A stretch of DNA of 64,000 bases, from assembly GCA_049599475.1 (NCBI GenBank), contig JBMYOQ010000001.1, positions 96,500-160,499 of the forward strand, given 5' to 3'. Within the stretch, counting starts at the first letter, position 1. Every line of letters begins with the position of its first letter. Shown one piece after another: positions 27,871 to 37,141 of the stretch. A program made the translations under genes and the position numbers. This DNA is from Opitutales bacterium (GTDB taxonomy: Bacteria; Verrucomicrobiota; Verrucomicrobiia; Opitutales; JABSRG01). The notes under the pieces were generated by a model, which saw nothing but the letters and a program-made list of their open reading frames with translations, made no database searches and was not told the origin of the DNA.

Positions 27871-28395
27871 ATGAAAACAACCCCGATAATACTATCTTGT
27901 TTAGTCGCGGTATTGGCATTGGCCGGAACCGCTTACGGGAATACAGGCGATGAGTCTGTGGATCGTTCCGTTTCTATCGAGTATGTGAACCCCGAAGAAT
28001 TCACGGATTTGGAATCATCTTTTTCGCGGGATTCAAAAACGCGTCGAGCATTCGCGCTTGCTATCGAGGAAGAGTTGGAGCGTCGCTTGCGCGCCTCCTT
28101 TGGCGAGGATGCGCGTTTGTCCCTCGTTATTTCGGAAGTGGATCTCGCAGGCCGAATTGATCCGGCTAGTTTCAACGAAATCCGCGTGTTGAAGTCGGTC
28201 TGGCCCCCAAAAATGGAATTTACTTACAAATTAACTTCTGCGGATGGGGAGATTCTCAAAGAGGGTGAGGAGCGACTGGTCGATCTCGGATACCTCGGGT
28301 TTGCTAGGCATCGATCGAAGCATGAGCGCTTTCGCTATGAGCGTGAGATGGTGAAGGACTGGTTGCGCGGTCTGGCACGAGAACTCGCGAGTTGA
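27871..28395 (+). CDS. DUF3016-like exported protein
   Basis: Signal peptide, PEEFTD, VDLAGRIDP, IRVLKSVWPP, GEERLVD, YEREMVKDW. Confidence 0.8.
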   Translation: MKTTPIILSCLVAVLALAGTAYGNTGDESVDRSVSIEYVNPEEFTDLESSFSRDSKTRRAFALAIEEELERRLRASFGEDARLSLVISEVDLAGRIDPASFNEIRVLKSVWPPKMEFTYKLTSADGEILKEGEERLVDLGYLGFARHRSKHERFRYEREMVKDWLRGLARELAS

Positions 28396-28614
28396 GGAGA
28401 TCTTCAGATCTGCTGATCAGTAAACGAAAGACCGACTTAGCCTTCACGATGTATTACTCCTGCACTTAAGCCTGGCTGCTAATGGTAATTTTCAGAGCAA
28501 ATACGTAGATCGCCGTATGTAGTATTATTCTCGATTGCCGTATTTTGTATGGAAATTCGCCTTTTTTCTAGGGGCTGCCCAAACAAATACTCATAAGTCT
28601 ACCGCTATTTCAAA

Positions 28615-29178
28615 ATGCTCTGGAACTCAACAACCGCCGCCTTTGGCTTGATTCTTACCCTCGTTGGATCGGCTGTCGGTAAAACTTTCAACGCTCAGGA
28701 AGTTGTCGTCATCGAATTTGAAGATGCCGAAAAATTTGCTGATTTCGAACGGTCGGGTGAAATATCGACTGAAGAATTGTTTAGTCAGGCCATTTCTGAA
28801 TCCCTTCAGGGTCGTTTGACTGCTACGCCTAACAAGCAGGTCTACCTAAAACTCGTTTTTAAGGATATCGATTTGGCAGGGCGTCCCCAAGCTATCAATG
28901 GGGTGCAACTGCGAGGGCTCAAATCATCGTCTCCGGCAAAGATGCTGTTTGCATACAAATTGGAGAACGCCGAAGGGTCGGTAATTCTTGAAGGAGAACA
29001 ACGTCTCGTCGACTCGAGTTTCCTTTCGTTTGGACCGAAAAGAACGGTAGAAGGTGCCTTTCCGCGCGAGCAAACGATGCTGCTAGATTGGTTTGACCGC
29101 CTAGATACGCAAATTATCGAGGCAGAGACGATGACCGCTAAGTCTTCGAAGTCTGAGTGCGAGAGCAACGCTTCGTAG
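28615..29178 (+). CDS. DUF3016-like exported protein (diverged paralog)
   Basis: EKFADF, DIDLAGR, GEQRLVD, EQTMLLDW parallel the preceding gene. Confidence 0.75.
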   Translation: MLWNSTTAAFGLILTLVGSAVGKTFNAQEVVVIEFEDAEKFADFERSGEISTEELFSQAISESLQGRLTATPNKQVYLKLVFKDIDLAGRPQAINGVQLRGLKSSSPAKMLFAYKLENAEGSVILEGEQRLVDSSFLSFGPKRTVEGAFPREQTMLLDWFDRLDTQIIEAETMTAKSSKSECESNAS

Positions 29179-29425
29179 TTTCGTTGAATTGGAGCTTTGA
29201 AAAGCTGATTTGAATTCCTTCCAGAGCGCCTCAGTGGCAGCTGATCTTTAACCCGCATAGTTCTTGCACAATGCGGGTTTCTTGTTTTCGGGATTTGGGT
29301 ATGTTTCGGGAGCTAGAAGGGATTCGAAGGTGACGGTGCCTTCGTTTTTTCTTTTGACCCTGGAGCTCAAGGGACCTTTATTCCTCCGGCTTACGCCGTT
29401 TAACCACCAGAATATTTACTAGATT

Positions 29426-30370
29426 ATGCCTTTTGGATTGATGTTCTCCGGGCAGGGCGCCCAGGCAGTTGGAATGGGTCACTCCCTTTACAAAAGCTCA
29501 GCGATCGCTCGTGAGTTGTATGACCACGCAAATGAAGTCCTCGGATTCGATTTGAAGGAAGCTTCCTTTTACGGTCCTGAAGAGACGCTTACAGAAACTC
29601 GCGTGTGTCAGCCCGCGCTCTTTTTGCAAGGCTACGCGACGGTGGAGATTTTGAAGCATCTGGGCAAGGTGGACGCTCCATCAAGCTGCTTGGGCTTGTC
29701 CCTTGGCGAGTTGACAGCCTTGTCTGTAGCCGGCGTTTTTGATTTTGCGACCGGTCTGAAATTGGTCGAGGCACGCGGCCGTTTGATGCAAGAGGCCTGT
29801 GACAAGACTGCTGGCGGAATGGTCGTCCTGATTGGTGGAAATCGCGAAGGGGCTTTCGAATTGGCGAAAGAAGCAGATCTGGATGTCGCGAATCTCAATT
29901 GCCCAGGACAGATCGTTCTATCGGGAGAAAAAGCAAATATCCCTCATGTCCTTGAGAACGCGAAGGGTAAAGGGTTCAAGATGGCCAAGGAGCTCAACGT
30001 CGCAGGCGCCTACCACAGTCGCTTGATGAAAAGTGCTGCCGAGGCTTACGAAGCGGTTCTCGCTCCAATAGAATTTAAGGCACCTGAGTGCCCTGTTTAC
30101 ACGAATACTACAGGCAAACAGATTTCTGACCCGGCCGATATTAAGGCCGCTTTGGTAAAACAAATCACGGATTCCGTTTATTTCGAAGATTGCATGCGCA
30201 GCGCGGTCGCTGACACCGGTTCGGCCCAATTCTTTGAATGTGGCCCTGGTGGTGTATTGGCTGGCTTGGCTAAGCGCACGGATCGCCAAATCGAGGTGCG
30301 TTCGCTCGGTGAATATGTCGATATCACTTCGAAGACGGGCGAAACGCGTGTGCCGCTCAAGAATTCATAG
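29426..30370 (+). CDS. fabD: Malonyl-CoA-ACP transacylase
   Basis: GQGAQ, QPAL, GLSLGE, RGRLMQ, AGAYHS, GPG. Confidence 0.95.
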   Translation: MPFGLMFSGQGAQAVGMGHSLYKSSAIARELYDHANEVLGFDLKEASFYGPEETLTETRVCQPALFLQGYATVEILKHLGKVDAPSSCLGLSLGELTALSVAGVFDFATGLKLVEARGRLMQEACDKTAGGMVVLIGGNREGAFELAKEADLDVANLNCPGQIVLSGEKANIPHVLENAKGKGFKMAKELNVAGAYHSRLMKSAAEAYEAVLAPIEFKAPECPVYTNTTGKQISDPADIKAALVKQITDSVYFEDCMRSAVADTGSAQFFECGPGGVLAGLAKRTDRQIEVRSLGEYVDITSKTGETRVPLKNS

Positions 30371-30485
30371 GAATACGACGATTCAAGCCTTTGGGGCGAG
30401 GCCTGCATTAGCCCTTTTAGAAAAAGCGTATTGCAGGGTTTGCCAAATTCGCCTGTCTTGCCCTGTTTTGCTTTAGACCACCTGC

Positions 30486-32288
30486 ATGTCCGATCTCAAA
30501 TATACTCGTAACTTCTGCATCATTGCTCACGTCGACCATGGTAAGACTACCTTGTCTGACCGCTTGCTTGAGAGCACTGAGACAGTCGTAAAGCGTGAGA
30601 TGAAGGACCAGCTCCTTGATTCGATGGATCTCGAGCGTGAGCGTGGGATTACAATTAAGAGTCACCCCGTCTCGATGATTTACCGAGGTGAGGGGAAAGA
30701 GGAATTCCTGTTTAATCTCATCGATACGCCTGGACACGTCGACTTTGCCTATGAGGTGTCGCGAAGTCTAGCGGCGTGTGAAGGTGCATTGCTTTTGGTT
30801 GATGCTGCGCAAGGCATTGAAGCTCAGACAGTTGCAAATGCATTTTTGGCGATGGATCAGGGGCTGGAGGTTATCCCTGTTATCAATAAAATTGACCTCC
30901 CGGGCGCCGATGTCGAAGACGCTAAGCGCCAGCTAGAGGATGTGCTAGCGATTCCTGCCGAAGATGCAATTTTGGCCAGCGGTAAGACTGGTATCGGAAT
31001 CGAAGATATTTTGAGTGCGGTGGCCACGCGCTTGCCGGGGCCACGCTGGGCCGATATCGAGGGCACACGCGTTCTGATTTTCGACAGTGTATTCGACACC
31101 TACAAGGGCGTGATTTGCTATGTCCGCGTATTTTCGGGGACTTTGAAGGCCAACCAGAGCATCCTCATGATGAGCGATCAGGTGAAGGCTCAGGTCAAAG
31201 AGGTCGGACAGTTCACTCCCGCGATGCGCTCATGCGATACACTCACTGCGGGAATGGTAGGGTATGTGGTTACAAACATGAAAAATGTCTCGGACATTAA
31301 GATTGGTGATACGATCACGGCCCCTGATAATCTAGCCGAGGAGATGCTCCCCGGTTATAAGGAAGTCCAGCCCATGGTCTTCAGTGGCATTTACCCGATC
31401 GATACGTCGGATTACGAAAAGCTCAAAGCATCTATGGGGCGACTCTGCCTGAACGACGCCTCCTTGACTTATGCTTCGGAGAATTCGGTGGCTCTCGGGT
31501 TTGGCTTCCGTTGCGGCTTCCTGGGCCTATTGCACATGGAAATCGTACGAGAGCGCCTGCGCCGTGAGTACGATCTCGATATCATCTCTACTTACCCAAG
31601 TGTTGTTTATGAGGTGACAACCACGGATCATAAGGAGCTCAAGGTCGATAACCCTGTGTTCATGCCGCCGGCGGAGGAAATCGCGGAGATTCGTGAGCCG
31701 ATGATTATCGCGACGATTCACGTGCCGACGGATTCTATCGGGGATATGCTCGCGCTTATTCAGGAGAAGCGCGGAATGTGTAACCACACTGAGACGATCG
31801 ATGAGCATCGGATGATTTTGAAGTGTGACATTCCGCTTAACGAGATCCTGGTCGATTTCAATGATCGCCTGAAGAGTATTACGCGCGGATACGGCTCAAT
31901 GGACTATGAGCTGAACGGTTATCAGCCCTCTAAGCTCGTGCGCATGGAAATTATGGTGAACGGTGAGCCTGTAGATGCTTTTTCTTCGATCGTTCACACC
32001 GCGAAGGCCGAGACCCGTGGTCGTGCACTGTGTTCGAAATTAAAAGACATTCTTCCTCGCGAGCTCTTCAAAATCGCTCTGCAGGCAACCGTTGGCAGCC
32101 GGGTAATTGCCCGTGAGACGATTTCCGCGATGCGTAAGGATGTGACCGCGAAATGTTACGGAGGTGATATCTCGCGTAAACGCAAGCTGCTTGAAAAGCA
32201 GAAAGAAGGTAAAAAGCGGATGAAACAAGTGGGCCGCGTCTCAATCCCACAGGATGCTTTTATTCAAATTTTGAAGAGCTCTTCGTAA
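30486..32288 (+). CDS. lepA: Elongation factor 4
   Basis: AHVDHGKTT, GFRCGFLGLLH, KDVTAKCYGGDISRKRKLL. Confidence 0.98.
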   Translation: MSDLKYTRNFCIIAHVDHGKTTLSDRLLESTETVVKREMKDQLLDSMDLERERGITIKSHPVSMIYRGEGKEEFLFNLIDTPGHVDFAYEVSRSLAACEGALLLVDAAQGIEAQTVANAFLAMDQGLEVIPVINKIDLPGADVEDAKRQLEDVLAIPAEDAILASGKTGIGIEDILSAVATRLPGPRWADIEGTRVLIFDSVFDTYKGVICYVRVFSGTLKANQSILMMSDQVKAQVKEVGQFTPAMRSCDTLTAGMVGYVVTNMKNVSDIKIGDTITAPDNLAEEMLPGYKEVQPMVFSGIYPIDTSDYEKLKASMGRLCLNDASLTYASENSVALGFGFRCGFLGLLHMEIVRERLRREYDLDIISTYPSVVYEVTTTDHKELKVDNPVFMPPAEEIAEIREPMIIATIHVPTDSIGDMLALIQEKRGMCNHTETIDEHRMILKCDIPLNEILVDFNDRLKSITRGYGSMDYELNGYQPSKLVRMEIMVNGEPVDAFSSIVHTAKAETRGRALCSKLKDILPRELFKIALQATVGSRVIARETISAMRKDVTAKCYGGDISRKRKLLEKQKEGKKRMKQVGRVSIPQDAFIQILKSSS

Positions 32289-32307
32289 TCCCTTTTACAT
32301 ACTACCT

Positions 32308-33561
32308 GTGAGCAAAAAGCTATCCCCAAAGAAGATTAAGAACCTATACAAGGACCTCTTAATGCATGCTCGGAAAGTGCGGGCTTATCGCTGTGATCTC
32401 TTGGCGGAACCTGTGCTTGCAGAATTGGATACATATATTGATACGCTGCGGAAGGTGGCGAAAGGTAAGGCCTCGGATATTCCTGAGGCAAGCCAGGCTG
32501 AGCGAGAAATCCAGCAAATCCACACGTTCTTGGAGGCCCACGGCGGAAAAATATATCCTAGGACAACTCTCATCGAATTTGCCGAGATGGTCCTGATTGC
32601 AGCCCTAGTTATTATCGGGATTCGCACATTTTTTCTGCAGCCATTCATTATTCCGACCAACTCAATGTATCCTACTTATAATGGAATGCTGCCATATGTC
32701 CATGAGGCTGATAGTATTCCAAATGCAGCGGAAAAAGTCTTTCGTTTGGTGACGCGAGGCGCGCGTAATAACAATGTCGCAGCTCCGACGTCGGGGGATA
32801 TTTACATTCCCATTGCGGGCATCAATCAGGATGGTCGACCCGTTCCGTATTATAAAAACGTGCCCGGAAAGAGTTGGTTTATTTTTCCGGCAGTTAAGCG
32901 GCGCTACTTTTTTGCGGTCGATGATCAGCTGGCTTACATCGATGTGCCAGGTGAGTTTGATGGTGAAGGAATCTACGAGCACTTCTTTGAAGGGGTGCAG
33001 GATTCCGTAAAACGCTTCCCCGAGCTGGGAGGTGTTCCATTCTATAAAACTTCAGCGAAGGTCGAAGCAGGAGAGCCTATAGTCAATTTTGATATTCTTC
33101 TCGGAGATGCTCTTTTTGTTGATCGGTTTTCGTATCATTTCATCAAACCGAGTGTTGGTGATCCTTTTGTTTTCAGAACGGAAGATATCCCGGCGCTTGA
33201 TCAGTCGCAGTATTACATTAAGCGCCTGGTCGGAGAGGGCGGGGATTCTCTTCAAATTGAAGAGCCTATTTTAATAAGAAATGGTTCGCCGATTGAGGGT
33301 GTCGATGCATTTGAGCGCAATCACCAGACGGATGGGGATTATGAGGGGTATGTCTCTCCTGGATTTGACCCGAAATATCCGATGCCTTTAAGTGCTGGCA
33401 AGACGACAAGGGTTGCCGAGGATCACTTTTTTGCGATGGGGGATAACTCCGACAGCTCATTGGATAGCCGCTATTGGGGTGATGTTCCCAAAAGTTCCGT
33501 CGTAGGTCGCGCGGTCTTCATCTATTTCCCGTTCACCGACCATTGGGGCCCGGCGAAGTAA
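32308..33561 (+). CDS. lepB: Signal peptidase I
   Basis: IPTNSMYPT, YIKRLVG, MGDNSDSSLDSRYWG; follows lepA. Confidence 0.93.
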   Translation: MSKKLSPKKIKNLYKDLLMHARKVRAYRCDLLAEPVLAELDTYIDTLRKVAKGKASDIPEASQAEREIQQIHTFLEAHGGKIYPRTTLIEFAEMVLIAALVIIGIRTFFLQPFIIPTNSMYPTYNGMLPYVHEADSIPNAAEKVFRLVTRGARNNNVAAPTSGDIYIPIAGINQDGRPVPYYKNVPGKSWFIFPAVKRRYFFAVDDQLAYIDVPGEFDGEGIYEHFFEGVQDSVKRFPELGGVPFYKTSAKVEAGEPIVNFDILLGDALFVDRFSYHFIKPSVGDPFVFRTEDIPALDQSQYYIKRLVGEGGDSLQIEEPILIRNGSPIEGVDAFERNHQTDGDYEGYVSPGFDPKYPMPLSAGKTTRVAEDHFFAMGDNSDSSLDSRYWGDVPKSSVVGRAVFIYFPFTDHWGPAK

Positions 33562-33644
33562 TCGGGTAGGCATTGAGGCGTGCCCTCAACGCGGGCTTGT
33601 CGGAGATGGCGAAGCGATGTTGCGTTTTTTAGGCTGATGTCATC

Positions 33645-33731
33645 GGTAGCGGCCGCTCTCCGAGCGGCTGAATGCTGTGTAACAGCTGGGCGAAATTGCT
33701 GTCTTCCGTCGCTCGGAGATCGGCGCCTGCC
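33645..33731. repeat. GTAG-type REP-like imperfect inverted repeat
   Basis: ggtagcggccgctctccgagcggc versus gtcgctcggagatcggcgcctgcc, 19/24 complementary. Confidence 0.5.
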
Positions 33732-33868
33732 CTTGATTTTCTCCAATGGTATAGACAATCGCGTGCCCTTGCGCCTCTGCAACGATTAGGGCGTATATGG
33801 ATGTCTCCATTGTAATGGAGGCTTAAGGACAGGTTTCCTGGCCGGGAGTATCGAAGTTTCAAGCTGTT

Positions 33869-35518
33869 CTAAGGTCCTCTTCTCAATATTGAGAAAACAA
33901 TATAAAGTCCTAGCATTCCTGATACAATAAAGCCCAAGAGTCCAATCGCTGGAAATCCGAATAGCAAAGGCTCTGCACCTGTAGTAATAATCAAGGACGA
34001 TCCTATGATTAGAGAGCCTAAAATAATCCCGATGGTTAGGCGGTTCATCGACCCGTCGATGGTGCTTTGTAAATCCCGTGTGCCCGTGTGGTGAAGGTTT
34101 ACACGAATATCTTCCTCTTCAATGCGTTGCAGAATGCGTTGCAGGTTCTCCGGGATTTGTCGCATGCGTTTGAGCATGGATAGAATCGGAAACAAAGTTT
34201 GCCGAGAAATGCCATCGAAGCTCCACCGCTCTTTGTTCAAATCATACAAAAAGGGTTTCGCGACTTCCTGGATATCAAAGTCGGGATCGAGGGCTTTCGC
34301 ACTTTCCTCCACACAAAGAATGGCTTTTGAGAGCAGTGCATAGTCCGGGGAAAGTTGAATGCCGTTGCTTCCGAAGATGTAGAGCATTTCCAGGCCAACT
34401 TGGCCCATCTTGGTGCCCGACGGGCCAAATTTACGGTGTTTGTTGAGGAGTAAGGTGACCTCCTTTTCCAGGTTACGCCGATCGATGCGTCGGTTGCCGG
34501 TGGACATCCTTTCGGCCACGCGGACGAGTTCATCGGCATTGCGGTTGGTGATCGCCGCGAAGATGTCGGCGAGCATATGACGCATGTCCACGGTGATCTG
34601 TCCGGCCTGTCCCCAATCCAAAAAGCAAATGCGCTGATCGGGTGTGATGAGCATGTTGCCTGAATGGGGATCGGAATGAAAGAACCCCGTGCCCACAATC
34701 TGGTCGAAAATCGCTTCTCCGCCGAGGCGGGCCAGTTTTTTCGCGTCTTCTGGAGTGACGTTTGCCTTGTCTGGAGAGTTGCCTTCGACCCATTCAGTGA
34801 CAAGGAGACGGCGTGTGCTGATGTCGCGGTAGATCTTTGGCGCGAAGACTCGAGGATTATCTGAATTAAAGGCGCTAAAAATCTCTGCGTTGTCAGCCTC
34901 GTTGCGATAATTGAGTTCTTTCTCAAGTCGCTCCTCCGCCTCATGAATTAGCATCGGGAGGTTGTAGGGTTGGAGATACTCGATCCGCGCGTCGAGTTGG
35001 CGTGCAAACCAGCCGATAATCTCTAGATCTGAGGAAATCCGTTTACGGATGTCGGGCCTTTGCACCTTCACAGCGACCCATTCGCCGCTCGATTTCAGTT
35101 TTGCTTTGTAGACTTGGCCTAGAGAGCCGGAAGCTACAGGTGTGCTATCGAAGTCTTCAAATATTTCTTCGATCTCACCGCCGAGCTCTTTGAGTAGTGC
35201 CGGTTTGATCTTATCAAAATTCTCTGGCTCCACCTGGCTCCTTAGTTTTTTAAGCTCTAAGACCAAGGGCTGAGGAAGCCGGTCTGGACGCATGCTCAGA
35301 ATCTGTCCGAACTTTACGAAGATTGGGCCGAGTTCCTCACACGCACTCCTGACGCGTTCATAGGGCGTGAGGTGGGTTACCTTGTCGCGGACCAGATTCT
35401 TCAGCAAGAACGGCGGCGTATCGAGCTGAAGCAGCAAATCCTCAAAACCCCAACGCGCCAAGATCGCGACAATCTCAGGGGCGCGAACAGCGTTGGCGAG
35501 GTAGTTGAAAGGATTCAA
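33869..35518 (-). CDS. ABC1/AarF/UbiB family atypical kinase
   Basis: ELGPIFVKFGQ, ASGSLGQV, VAVKVQRP, HSDPHSGN, LDWG; two C-terminal TM segments. Confidence 0.92.
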   Translation of the reverse strand: MNPFNYLANAVRAPEIVAILARWGFEDLLLQLDTPPFLLKNLVRDKVTHLTPYERVRSACEELGPIFVKFGQILSMRPDRLPQPLVLELKKLRSQVEPENFDKIKPALLKELGGEIEEIFEDFDSTPVASGSLGQVYKAKLKSSGEWVAVKVQRPDIRKRISSDLEIIGWFARQLDARIEYLQPYNLPMLIHEAEERLEKELNYRNEADNAEIFSAFNSDNPRVFAPKIYRDISTRRLLVTEWVEGNSPDKANVTPEDAKKLARLGGEAIFDQIVGTGFFHSDPHSGNMLITPDQRICFLDWGQAGQITVDMRHMLADIFAAITNRNADELVRVAERMSTGNRRIDRRNLEKEVTLLLNKHRKFGPSGTKMGQVGLEMLYIFGSNGIQLSPDYALLSKAILCVEESAKALDPDFDIQEVAKPFLYDLNKERWSFDGISRQTLFPILSMLKRMRQIPENLQRILQRIEEEDIRVNLHHTGTRDLQSTIDGSMNRLTIGIILGSLIIGSSLIITTGAEPLLFGFPAIGLLGFIVSGMLGLYIVFSILRRGP

Positions 35519-35548
35519 GGATCTAAGGCTTTGGGCAGAAGAAGGAGC

Positions 35549-35617
35549 CCGCTAAATCACAGAAAGCACGAAATTAAGATGAACTGAGTTTTCGTGCTTT
35601 TTGTGTATTTAGTGGAC
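35549..35617. repeat. Palindromic MITE/REP-like element, copy 2
   Basis: Reverse complement of 35590-35617 matches 8023-8050 at 26/28; partner arm ctaaatcacagaaagcacgaaa. Confidence 0.75.
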
Positions 35618-35627
35618 CCCAAAAAAA

Positions 35628-35939
35628 CTATTCGTTCGGGAATTCCTTATTGAGGCGTCCCTCGAGATCAGTCACTCGCGCTTCGAGCGCCTCATATTGA
35701 TCCTTGGTTACGAGGTTTGCTTTCTGAAGCATGGCGGTGAAGATGCCTTCAAGTTCGCCCTTCGCCTTTTCTGCCTGTGCTTTCCCGTCCTCGACGATTT
35801 TGTCTGAAAGATTAGATGCCTCTTCTTGAGAAATCTTTCCCTTCTCAACGAGCTCTTCTAGTGACTCCTCAACTTTTTCCTTGGTCACGACTGCGAGGCC
35901 GACACCAGCCATCATGGTTTTCTTCACGAGATCGATCAT
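35628..35939 (-). CDS. Phasin-family protein
   Basis: MAGVGLAVVTKEK..ELVEKGKIS, LVTKDQYEALEARV. Confidence 0.8.
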   Translation of the reverse strand: MIDLVKKTMMAGVGLAVVTKEKVEESLEELVEKGKISQEEASNLSDKIVEDGKAQAEKAKGELEGIFTAMLQKANLVTKDQYEALEARVTDLEGRLNKEFPNE

Positions 35940-35989
35940 GAGGAGGACCGTAGGTGGGTGGGGGATTGATTACAAGATCTCAGTAGTAA

Positions 35990-36119
35990 AAGGATGAAGG
36001 ATGAAGACTTAAATGGTGGGGTCAGGAGATTATGTTTTTTGTCTCTAGATATCGGATGACGTGCGCGGAATTTACAGCATAAAAGCTTTCATCCTTCATC
36101 CCTCATCCTTCATCCTTCA
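35990..36119. repeat. Inverted 7-bp repeat arrays (GGATGAA x2 / TTCATCC x4)
   Basis: aaggatgaaggatgaag at 35990-36006; ttcatcc ttcatcc ctcatcc ttcatcc at 36088-36115. Confidence 0.7.
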
Positions 36120-36152
36120 AAAAATCCCCTCGTGGATTTTTTAAAAAAGATC

Positions 36153-36180
36153 TTGCCGAGGGCGACCCAATAGGTATTTT
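36153..36180 (+). promoter_or_regulatory. Putative sigma70 promoter of the str operon
   Basis: TTGCCG-N16-TATTTT, 37 nt before the rpsL ATG. Confidence 0.45.
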
Positions 36181-36217
36181 CCAACGTTTTCGCTAAATCT
36201 AAGCACTTCTATTTAAT

Positions 36218-36595
36218 ATGCCTACGATCAATCAGCTAGTCCGCAAACCACGTCGCTTGGTGAAAGCCAAGTCGAAGTCTCCTGCGCTGGTATCTAATCC
36301 TTTCCGCCGCGGTGTGTGTGTTCAAGTGATGACTCGTACGCCAAAGAAACCAAATTCTGCTATTCGTAAAGTAGCGAAGGTGCGCCTGACAAGTGGTTTC
36401 GAGGTAATCGCCTATATTCCAGATGAAGGCCACAATCTCCAAGAGCACTCTATTGTGCTTGTTCGTGGAGGTCGTGTTAAGGACCTTCCAGGTGTTCGTT
36501 ACCACATCGTTCGTGGTGCCTTGGACTGTGTAGGTGTTGAGAAGCGCCGCCGCAGCCGCTCAAAGTATGGTGTTAAGCGCCCTAAGGATAAGTAA
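36218..36595 (+). CDS. rpsL: 30S ribosomal protein S12
   Basis: [27 protein letters not shown]. Confidence 0.99.
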   Translation: MPTINQLVRKPRRLVKAKSKSPALVSNPFRRGVCVQVMTRTPKKPNSAIRKVAKVRLTSGFEVIAYIPDEGHNLQEHSIVLVRGGRVKDLPGVRYHIVRGALDCVGVEKRRRSRSKYGVKRPKDK

Positions 36596-36615
36596 GATTT
36601 CAAATTTAGATCGTC

Positions 36616-37089
36616 ATGTCACGTCGTCACCGCGCAGTTAAGCGTCCCATTACTCCCGACCCACGCTACAATTCACAACTCGTAGCTTTGTTGATTAACG
36701 CCGTCATGAAGAGCGGCAAAAAGACCGTTGCGCAGAAGGTCGTTTACGGTGCATTTGAGCGCGTGAGCGAAAAGCTCGGCAAGGGCGATCCTGTAGATCT
36801 TCTTTTGGGTGCTCTTGAAAATGCGCGTCCAAAGCTCGAGGTAAAGAGCCGCCGTGTCGGTGGTGCTACTTACCAAGTGCCGGTTGAAATTTCTTTTGAG
36901 CGTCAGCAAAGTTTGGCTTTCCGCTGGATGCTCAACACAGCGCGTGCACGTCGTGGTGTATCTATGCGTGAAGCGCTCGCGGACGAAATCGTCGATGCTT
37001 ACAACAACACAGGTGCTGTTGTGAAGAAGAAGGACGAGACACACCGCATGGCGCAGGCCAATCGTGCGTTCGCGCACCTCCGTTGGTAA
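36616..37089 (+). CDS. rpsG: 30S ribosomal protein S7
   Basis: [21 protein letters not shown]. Confidence 0.99.
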   Translation: MSRRHRAVKRPITPDPRYNSQLVALLINAVMKSGKKTVAQKVVYGAFERVSEKLGKGDPVDLLLGALENARPKLEVKSRRVGGATYQVPVEISFERQQSLAFRWMLNTARARRGVSMREALADEIVDAYNNTGAVVKKKDETHRMAQANRAFAHLRW

Positions 37090-37141
37090 TCGATTTACCG
37101 ACGCTTCACTGTTCTTTCCCATTCAATCCTAGTTCATTTTT

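Noticed and set aside
36218..36595. Streptomycin-resistance alleles in rpsL
   Set aside because: Both PKKPNS and RVKDLPG motifs are wild type
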